From Cyanobacteria bacterium J06626_4 (lineage in GTDB: Bacteria > Cyanobacteriota > Cyanobacteriia > Phormidesmidales > Phormidesmidaceae): a stretch of DNA of 18,903 nucleotides. Numbering within the stretch: position 1 is the stretch's first letter; each line of letters opens with the position of its first letter. Position numbers and translations under genes: made by a program. The notes beneath the pieces are model-generated. The model searched no databases, had not been told where the DNA came from, and was given only the letters and a program-made list of their open reading frames with translations. Location: positions 1 through 18,903 of the forward strand of contig JBCBJQ010000112.1 in NCBI GenBank assembly GCA_038523235.1, written 5' to 3'. This document shows, in pieces, positions 9,420 through 18,087 of the stretch.

Positions 9420-10388
9420 ATGCCCCCCCTCGACGCTGCCACCCGAGAATCGCTCCAAAACGCTCTCTATGCCTATGTGCAAACCTATGGTGGAGAATCG
9501 ATTGCCGAGGTGCGGGCGATCGCCGGGTCGCTGCTGGCCGTCAAAGAAACAGCCGGCGACCTCATCGCGGCGGGGCTGGAAATTGAAACCTGGGTCGATG
9601 AGATTGTGCAAGATTTTGATCTGAGCACCGTGGCCGATCGCCTCCAGGATGAAGGGGCGCGATCGCTGGCCGCGCAGGCTCAACACTGGCGCGAAACGGT
9701 CGAGGCCAAAGCCCAAGCCACCCTAGATGCGTACATTCAAAAATATGTGCCCGAGCTTGACACCCAACAACTGCACGGGCTCGTCGCCACCATTTTGCCC
9801 GTGGTCGAAGATGCCAAAATATCGCGTGACGAAGCACACCGTCTCATTCATGACGTCAGCGCCCAGCTTGATTGGCAAGCCGCCCTAGAGCGCGTGGTCG
9901 CTCCCCAATGGGCGTTGCTGGCGGAGAAAACGATGCAGTGCGTGATCAACCGCGATGTCGAAGCCTCGGTCACCGAAGTAATGAACGCCTATGTCTACAA
10001 CTTTCAGCCCACGGCAGTGGAAATTGGCGAAGGGCTGGTAGAACAAGCTGTGCAAGCGGTCACAAATAGCAAACTGGCCCTCGATTTAGATTTGGAGCTG
10101 AGTGCCGAGACTCAAAAGCTGCTGGTCAAACAGGTGGTCTTCAAGCTGAATTTGATGGCAGCTGGCCCCTCCCCTTCTAAAACTGCAGTAGCAATGGCCC
10201 AGCAGCTCAATGACGAGGTTGTGCGCTATCGACGAGAACACGGACTCGACCCGGCTAGCACCCTGCCAACGACCACCCGCACCGATGACACCAGCAATAG
10301 CTCCCCACTGGGGGGTGAAATCAGCGTCGGGATCGAACTGCAGAGCCGCGCCGCTGCTGCAGAAGATTTGCCGGAAACGTCAGCTTGA
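9420..10388 (+). CDS. hypothetical all-alpha protein with three ~86-aa repeats
   Basis: Long ORF with host-like composition and internal HIP1 sites. Start uncertain: the frame is open from 9234 and ATG 9420 is preferred. Confidence 0.78.
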   Translation: MPPLDAATRESLQNALYAYVQTYGGESIAEVRAIAGSLLAVKETAGDLIAAGLEIETWVDEIVQDFDLSTVADRLQDEGARSLAAQAQHWRETVEAKAQATLDAYIQKYVPELDTQQLHGLVATILPVVEDAKISRDEAHRLIHDVSAQLDWQAALERVVAPQWALLAEKTMQCVINRDVEASVTEVMNAYVYNFQPTAVEIGEGLVEQAVQAVTNSKLALDLDLELSAETQKLLVKQVVFKLNLMAAGPSPSKTAVAMAQQLNDEVVRYRREHGLDPASTLPTTTRTDDTSNSSPLGGEISVGIELQSRAAAAEDLPETSA

Positions 10389-10917
10389 AGCGGGCTAACG
10401 CTTGAAAAATTGATTGAACTTAATAAAAAAGCCTTGGCCGCGGCAGAACGGGACGATCTTTTCATCTGTTTTAGGTTCTCAGGGGTTGTCACTTGCGGGG
10501 GCAGTAGGTTCCAGCCTCCTAAAATGCAGCAAACCCCTGACAGCCAGACGGCTTTAGAGATCCACAGAGCATCGACAGCGAGGCTAAGAGATTTTTTGTC
10601 TTTTGTTCTTATTCAATATCTTGGCAAATATAAAATTACTTAGAAGGCTGTATCTAGCATTGAGCCAGGTTAGAAGCTCTTCAGCACTATTCAGGTGACT
10701 TCAAAGCTGTATTTCCTTGTTTTAGGCATGTAGTTATGTTTTGAGGCGCTTTCCTTGTTCAGGCTCTGTGCCCATAATGCTAACCAAGCCGAAAACCCTC
10801 GCTGTTTCAACGCGGCGAGTTTATCTATTTTGCAATCGTTGCGGCTGACTCAGTTTGCTCATCACTCAGACCGCAACCCCTTCCTGATTTGAAAAGAACC
10901 CTTTGGAGCGATCGCTT

Positions 10918-11781
10918 GTGAAACTCTCCGTCTACGGCAAAGGTGGCATTGGTAAGTCCACCACCAGTTGTAATATCTCTGTCGCCCTAGCTCGGCGGGG
11001 CAAGAAAGTCCTGCAGATTGGGTGTGACCCCAAGCACGACAGCACCTTCACCCTGACGGGCTTCCTCATTCCCACCATTATCGACACGCTCAAAGACAAA
11101 AGCTTTCACTACGAAGACGTCTGGTCTGAAGACGTCATTTACAAGGGCTACGGCGGCGTCGATTGCGTCGAAGCGGGTGGTCCCCCGGCGGGCGCTGGGT
11201 GTGGCGGTTACGTCGTGGGTGAAACCGTCAAACTGCTTAAAGAACTCAACGCCTTTGATGAATATGACGTGATTCTGTTTGACGTGCTGGGGGATGTCGT
11301 CTGCGGCGGCTTTGCCGCGCCGCTCAACTACTCCGACTACTGCATGATCGTGACGGATAACGGCTTTGACGCCCTCTTTGCGGCCAACCGCATTGCCGCC
11401 TCCGTGCGCGAAAAAGCTCGCACTCACTCCCTGCGTCTAGCGGGGCTCATTGGCAACCGCACCTCCAAACGTGACCTCATCGACAAATATATTGAGTCCG
11501 TCCCGATGCCGGTGCTCGAGATTTTGCCGCTGATCGAAGACATTCGCGTCTCGCGCGTTAAGGGTAAAACCATTTTTGAAATGGCTGAGACCGATCCTTC
11601 TCTGAAGCCGGTGACGCAGTATTACCTCAATATTGCGGATCAGATCTTAGCCCAGCCCGAAGGCGTGATCCCCAGCGAAACGAAGGATCGCGATCTCTTT
11701 GCGCTACTGTCAGATTTCTACCTGAACCCGCCCGAAGATGCGCCTAAAGCAGAATCTGAGCTGGATCTGATGATGGTGTGA
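10918..11781 (+). CDS. chlL: dark-operative protochlorophyllide reductase Fe-protein subunit L
   Basis: NifH-like motifs [27 protein letters not shown] and [14 protein letters not shown] start at 10918 after GGAG. Upstream of chlN. Confidence 0.97.
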   Translation: MKLSVYGKGGIGKSTTSCNISVALARRGKKVLQIGCDPKHDSTFTLTGFLIPTIIDTLKDKSFHYEDVWSEDVIYKGYGGVDCVEAGGPPAGAGCGGYVVGETVKLLKELNAFDEYDVILFDVLGDVVCGGFAAPLNYSDYCMIVTDNGFDALFAANRIAASVREKARTHSLRLAGLIGNRTSKRDLIDKYIESVPMPVLEILPLIEDIRVSRVKGKTIFEMAETDPSLKPVTQYYLNIADQILAQPEGVIPSETKDRDLFALLSDFYLNPPEDAPKAESELDLMMV

Positions 11782-11987
11782 TGCTCTCAGAGTGCGGCGC
11801 GGCGATCGCAACCCAGCCCATTAACTGGGATTTGCACGCGATCGCTGAGCAGCTAAATTCGCCATCAAAGAATTTTCCCTTCCCCATGAGTCCCGAGAAA
11901 CCGTAACGTTGCTGCGATATTCCCTCTCTGTTTTGATGAATTTCATCTATCATGAGGCGTCTAAAAGCAACGGATTGAGGCAAAGCG

Positions 11988-12338
11988 ATGGCCTTCTTCG
12001 AAAATTTCGTATCGGTTATTCGCCAAAAGTGGTTGGACTACGTGCAATCAAACCAAGAATGGCTGGAATTGCAAATGCGGATGACCTCAGTGAGAACCCC
12101 CGATGGCGGTCGGCGGCCATCATCGTTACTCATTTTGGGGGTTGTCAATGCCCTGGAACCCAAGTTAGGCAACCTGATGGTGCCTTTCTATCAGCTCAAC
12201 TCTGACGAGGATGCCCTAGTCGAAGTCTTGGGCCTGAACTTTGATCCAGAAATGGTCTTGAACAATACCAATCTGCCCACCACCTTAGAAGCCGAAAACG
12301 AAGAAGCGAAAATGCTGACGAATTCAAACGATTTGTAA
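11988..12338 (+). CDS. conserved hypothetical protein between chlL and chlN (DUF5331-like)
   Basis: IRQKWLDY...RRPSSLLILGVVNALEPKL...LVEVLGLNFDP. An ORF at this position is known from other cyanobacterial chlL-chlN loci. GAGG RBS. Confidence 0.85.
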   Translation: MAFFENFVSVIRQKWLDYVQSNQEWLELQMRMTSVRTPDGGRRPSSLLILGVVNALEPKLGNLMVPFYQLNSDEDALVEVLGLNFDPEMVLNNTNLPTTLEAENEEAKMLTNSNDL

Positions 12339-12432
12339 GCCCCTGTAGCAAGGCTGTGGCCTGTGAGCTCTTCACTGCGATCGCTTTGCTACCTTCGCTT
12401 TCGAGTCTGGACTGATGGGGTTCTTGCCATAA

Positions 12433-13878
<1,446 letters not shown>

Positions 13879-13907
13879 TCCTCAATGCCGAGCTTGACTC
13901 AAAAATC

Positions 13908-13960
13908 CTGCTCCCCGTCCTTAAGCTCTTGATCGAACTTTGAGGATGGGGAGCAGTTTT
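13908..13960 (+). terminator. intrinsic terminator of the chlL-chlN operon
   Basis: Long hairpin CTGCTCCCCGTCC...GGATGGGGAGCAG followed by TTTT, 30 nt after the chlN stop. Confidence 0.8.
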
Positions 13961-13987
13961 ATGTATGGTTTTGGTCGTCGTATGATG

Positions 13988-14088
13988 TAGCAGAAGTCGG
14001 AATGCAGAAGTCGGAAGTCGGAGTTGAAAAGCCTGTCAGATAATGGTTTCAGGCATCTGGAGTGACCGAATCAAACTGCGGCATGCTA
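13988..14088. repeat. small dispersed/MITE-like repeat with TAGCA...TGCTA ends and internal tandem (GCA)GAAGTCG repeats
   Basis: Inverted termini TAGCA (13988) and TGCTA (14084-14088). GCAGAAGTCGGAA occurs twice, followed by a third GAAGTCGGA. Internal hairpin TGAAA..GCC/GGTTTCA. Confidence 0.55.
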
Positions 14089-14524
14089 TTCAGGGGTTTC
14101 GTGATTGAACGCTGGATGCACGTTTGGCAATGCTGGGGCACCTCAACAGACAGTCGTTTACCGAGAACACACTAAAGTGGACGATCGCGTGGCGTCTCAA
14201 GTGTATTCTTCCTCAATGCCGCTCTGCGATGGCAGCACTCGGAGAGCGTTCTCAATGTCATGATTCAGCCAATCCCCAGTGATCCCTCATTCAAGCCCAT
14301 TCTCCACAGTCCCAGTCTTACCTTAAGCTCGTGAAATCCGTGAGCAGTCAGGTAGCGATCCCCGTAGGGTTGCTATGAGTATCAGCAAATCTATCACTCA
14401 ATACAACAGCAAAGACACTGTTGAGGCGTTGCTTGATTGCCCCCAGCCACCTAAGTTGCTTAACACGACTCCCGGCCAAGTCAACAGCTGAGAGCATCAG
14501 GATGACGGCACAGAGATTGCCAGT

Positions 14525-14710
14525 CTATCGAAAGATGATGTGAGTGCCTGCGCCTCGGCGCTGACCGGGGAAATCGCCCCCGCTCCCACCACCCTGAGCA
14601 GCGAGGCCCTGAAACGTACAGCTCAACACAACAAAACTAGCTAGGCCAACCAGTCGCAAGAACTTGACAGAATGAGTTCTAAAGCTTTCTTTCTGAAAAC
14701 GTGAAAGCAT
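14525..14710 (-). CDS. small putatively secreted peptide (61 aa): signal peptide plus GGGSGGDFPGQRRGAGTH tail
   Basis: ATG at 14710 with a GAGGTG RBS 8 nt upstream. Basic n-region, hydrophobic h-region (FLRLVGLASFVVLSC), GLA/LAA cleavage region and a Gly/Arg-rich mature part. The 14827 start of the ORF track is probably not used. Confidence 0.72.
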   Translation of the reverse strand: MLSRFQKESFRTHSVKFLRLVGLASFVVLSCTFQGLAAQGGGSGGDFPGQRRGAGTHIIFR

Positions 14711-14912
14711 TTTTGATGCACCTCGAATCTGAAGGTCAACCAATCGACTCTGAATCAAGAGTCGATTGAAGTTTGATGAAGGGTAGGGTTTTTTAATACC
14801 AAGAGTATTATCAGGAAGAGTTACCAAACTTTCCTCAGGAAAATTCAGTAATTACTTCAGGTATCTCAGAACGCGAGTGCTTGGCGCGGCTCAGCCCCTC
14901 TAAAACCTTAGA

Positions 14913-15548
14913 TCACTTTTGCAAAGCCTGTCTGACGCGATTGAGCATCGCTTCATCAGGAATGAACCGTTCCTGATAACTGCGTTCCCAGATGGTGCTC
15001 CCAGGCGAGTTTCTGAGAAGGTTGATACGCTTAGCCACTGCCGCCTTGTAACTTGCCACAAATGAAGATAGCAAACGGGGTTTGTTACCCAGCCCACCAT
15101 AATTGCTGGCGACAAAAGATTCACGAATATTGATGATTCCCTCTAGCCGATTCGGCAAGAGTAGCCATCGATCAATACTCAGCGTCGGATGAGCTTGAAC
15201 CGCCCGCAACCACTCATCACTGGCAATCTGGCCAATTTCGTTGAGTTCGAAACCACTGCCCTCTTCTTTCCCAAAGAGCGGTTCATGATCATGAACGTAG
15301 AGCTTAATAAGGTAAGAAGCAATTTCAGCAATTGCTGGCACAGCAACGGGCCTTTTCTCAATAACCTTGGGAGAATTTTGTTTCAAAGGACTTCTCAAAA
15401 TTAAGTTCTCACTGTCGCCCATTGCCCTCAGAGTACCCAAAGATGTTTGGGAAAAATCCTGAAGCAATGACGCGCTATTCCCTGCATTGGAAGCGACCTT
15501 TGACGGCTCACGCTGTAGCAACACATCGTCGCGATTAAAGGGCTTCAC
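14913..15548 (-). CDS. catalytically degenerate REP-associated tyrosine transposase (Y1/HUH) homologue
   Basis: RAYT blocks in order: YLIKLYVHDHEPLFG, LNEIGQIASDEW, IDRWLLLPNRLEGII, LSSFVASYKAAVAKRIN and IWERSYQERFIPDEAMLNRVRQAL. Both HUH histidines and the catalytic Tyr are substituted. GTG start uncertain. Confidence 0.82.
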   Translation of the reverse strand: MKPFNRDDVLLQREPSKVASNAGNSASLLQDFSQTSLGTLRAMGDSENLILRSPLKQNSPKVIEKRPVAVPAIAEIASYLIKLYVHDHEPLFGKEEGSGFELNEIGQIASDEWLRAVQAHPTLSIDRWLLLPNRLEGIINIRESFVASNYGGLGNKPRLLSSFVASYKAAVAKRINLLRNSPGSTIWERSYQERFIPDEAMLNRVRQALQK

Positions 15549-16392
15549 GCTATAGACTCTTTTATAGTTAGTATTGTCCCTTGACCGACAAGGAACCGCT
15601 TACGTAATTCTCATGAAAATATGCCGTTAGCGGTGACAAAGTTTTTAGCGTCCATCAGATAAAACCTTAACCATTGATGAAGATCGAGATCTTCATCCAC
15701 CAGCATTGAGCAACCAGCAGCCTTAGTGTCTTAGGAAAGAGTTGCCTAAGCGGTAAAGGGCCACCGTAAATGCCAGGAAGTGAAGCCGGCGTCGCAATAT
15801 TGGACTATCAAGTCTGAGATTTGTGAGGTGATGCTCTAGATCTGTGGATACTCCTTCTGAAGCTATTACCTTCAAAGCAAGCTGGCAGCCTTGGCCATAG
15901 ATCTCGAACATCACCCAAGCAGCGAGCGACACTTACCGGAATGTTGTTGAGTCTCATCCCAAACGAGAATATCGGTCGTAGTACACATCGCCCTGTAACG
16001 CATGGACGCTGAGAGAAGCACCCTGTAGCCCATATTCTGGCTCGACCGTAGGGTTACACTGTATTTTGATTAACCGACTGACCGCTAGGATAGGGAGAAC
16101 TTGTTTAGTGGTAAAAATTGCTTCGATCACCTTGAGCGATGACTTGGAGCCTAAACGTTTCTTGCACGAGCGGCTGGGTGCGCAGGAATATGGGGTTGTG
16201 AACATAGCGATGTCAGAAATTGTGGCCTTCGCGATGAAAAATGGGGGCAGTCGAGAAATTCGCGATTCCCAAGGATTGATAGGGCTGGCATTGACAACGG
16301 TGGAAGAGGCTAGGCAGCACAGTCAGACTGAGGATGATGGGGCCCTGACTCATTGGTTAATCCAAAGTTTCCCAAAGTAGCGATCGCACACC

Positions 16393-17790
16393 ATGTATCC
16401 CACCCCAAAGGAGCGGTTCGAAGACTTTACCCGCCATCATCCAGAAAATAAGCTGGAGCTAATTGACGGCAAGTTAGTTGTGGGCAATTCCCTAGCTGGC
16501 AGCAGTCTGCTGTTGCGGCAAATATTGCAGGGCTGGGGGGCCGAGGCGGCGATCGCGCTGGCACCCGTTGAAACGTGGCTGTCAGCCTTGGTTACCGGAT
16601 ATGGGTGGAACACTCCAGTCGGCGAATCAGTGGATGAGATGCTCACGTTGCTGGAATTGCCGGCCAGAGGAGTTGAGTTTACAACCGAAGATTTATCGGC
16701 AGGGAGCGCCGAAACAACCTGGTCCCACCATCGCATTCGCCAAAATTTAACCATGGGTCTGTTTCGGTTAGATGAGACTGTGGGTGGACAATCCCTGGGG
16801 CGCGACTTTGTCATGCGCCTGGGCAATGATGGATTCACACCGGATTTGGTGTTCTTTAAGGGCGCTGGCTTGAACCAACTCTATAGCTACTTTGTCAGTG
16901 GCCCAGCCGAACTGGTGATTGAAGTATTGATGCCGGGGCATGAAGCGAGCGAGCGCGAGCAGAAGTATCAGTCCTACCAAGCGGCTGGAGTCCCGGAATA
17001 TTGGCTGGTTAATCCAGCAGCAGAACAGGTGGAATTTTATCGGCTCATTGATGGGTGCTACCAGCGACAACCTTTGGCAGCAGACGGTGTTTACCGCCCT
17101 AGCAGCGTTCCAGGGTTGGCGTTCTGTCCGGCGATGCTCTGGCAAGATGAGGATGCCGATCCCATCGACGCTAGCCTTTGGGTAGTCGAGCAGCCTGTCG
17201 AGAACTGGCAACGGCCCGCATCAGAGGTCGGTCCCAAGTGGGGGTCACTGCTGTTTATCCCCAACATTCAGCTAGAGGCTGTGCCGATTAGTTTTAAGGA
17301 ATTCATTAGTTGGGCACCCCGAGCCAAATTTGAGTTTATCGAGGGGAAGCCCTTGATCGAATCGACGCCGGGGACGCGGAATGTGTTGGCGATGCTACTC
17401 ATGACGTTGGGGCTGGCCAGTGTGGTGAAGCTCTTGCCGCCTCAAGCTTGGCTGCAAGGACTGCGGCAGCGATTGGCACGGGAACGTCACGATGCCGAAC
17501 GAAAGGCGGCTTGGTGGGCGATCGCGCGTCAAGCAGCTGAAACCCTCCAAACTGATTTTGGGGTCGGACGCTTGGGGGTAATTGGTGATCTGGCGATGCC
17601 GCAGCCCTTAAATTACTGGTCGGGCATCACGTTGGTCTATTGGGAGAAGCTGGAGAGTTCTTGGCAAGCCTATGATGCCCTACGCGACATTGACCCCGAG
17701 CGCCACATTGTTGATTTACGCCAGGTGGATGAACGTTGGCTGACGGCGGATCAGCTCTGGCAGATTGAGCGTCATCTGGTAGAGCTGTGA
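16393..17790 (+). CDS. Uma2 (DUF820) endonuclease-family protein with duplicated module and C-terminal nucleotidyltransferase-like domain
   Basis: Uma2 motifs ELIDG, FTPDLVF, PAELVIEVLMPG and KYQSYQAAGVPEYWLVNP. The C-terminal WAIARQAAETLQTDFGVGRLGVIGDL...WSGITL resembles a minimal nucleotidyltransferase. Confidence 0.88.
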   Translation: MYPTPKERFEDFTRHHPENKLELIDGKLVVGNSLAGSSLLLRQILQGWGAEAAIALAPVETWLSALVTGYGWNTPVGESVDEMLTLLELPARGVEFTTEDLSAGSAETTWSHHRIRQNLTMGLFRLDETVGGQSLGRDFVMRLGNDGFTPDLVFFKGAGLNQLYSYFVSGPAELVIEVLMPGHEASEREQKYQSYQAAGVPEYWLVNPAAEQVEFYRLIDGCYQRQPLAADGVYRPSSVPGLAFCPAMLWQDEDADPIDASLWVVEQPVENWQRPASEVGPKWGSLLFIPNIQLEAVPISFKEFISWAPRAKFEFIEGKPLIESTPGTRNVLAMLLMTLGLASVVKLLPPQAWLQGLRQRLARERHDAERKAAWWAIARQAAETLQTDFGVGRLGVIGDLAMPQPLNYWSGITLVYWEKLESSWQAYDALRDIDPERHIVDLRQVDERWLTADQLWQIERHLVEL

Positions 17791-17824
17791 CGGTTTGCCA
17801 GTTGCGATCGCTTCATGCATCAAG

Positions 17825-18003
17825 CTCGCGGCAAATACTTCATCAATAGAGGATAGCGATCGCGAAGCTTTTGTGCTGGCACTGAGTAATGTGGCTGAAG
17901 CCCAAGCAATGGTGCGGACTACTGCCCACAATGCTACCCGTGTTCATAAGGAGAACCTAGCTGAGACAAAACAAATCGATGGTCTCAGTGTGGAGACGCT
18001 TAA
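17825..18003 (+). pseudogene. fragment of an HI1420-like addiction-module antidote/HTH gene
   Basis: IEDSDREAFVLALSNVAEAQ resembles the 'ALEEGDxxxFLxALRNVAEA' helix of this family. No credible start, and the C-terminus is degenerate. Confidence 0.45.
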
Positions 18004-18087
18004 GACTTGGGCTGAAGTGAGAACAAAGGGCTGACGATTGAGCAATACATCTAGAACGACGTCACAATCTAATAAGACTCGCTTCAA
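17944..18087 (-). pseudogene. truncated PIN-domain (VapC-like) toxin
   Basis: Too short for the ORF track. TTG at 18087 overlaps the upstream TGA stop and reads MKRVLLDCDVVLDVLLNRQPFVLTSAQVL, a PIN N-terminus. It then runs into unrelated sequence and stops at 47 aa. Confidence 0.75.

Noticed and set aside
13990..14022. CRISPR array
   Set aside because: Repeats are 7-13 nt and essentially adjacent, with no spacers and no cas genes.
14525..14710. Calling the peptide patX or patS
   Set aside because: The motif is RGAGT, not RG[ST]GR, so it is reported only as an analogy.
14913..15548. Active IS200/IS605 element or active RAYT
   Set aside because: HUH and catalytic Tyr are missing, there is no tnpB, and there are no intact flanking REP or IS-end hairpin pairs.
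15723..16380. ORFs 15723..15932 (-), 15954..16205 (-) and 16066..16380 (+)
   Set aside because: No recognisable motifs or good RBS, and two overlap on opposite strands. A small real gene cannot be fully excluded.
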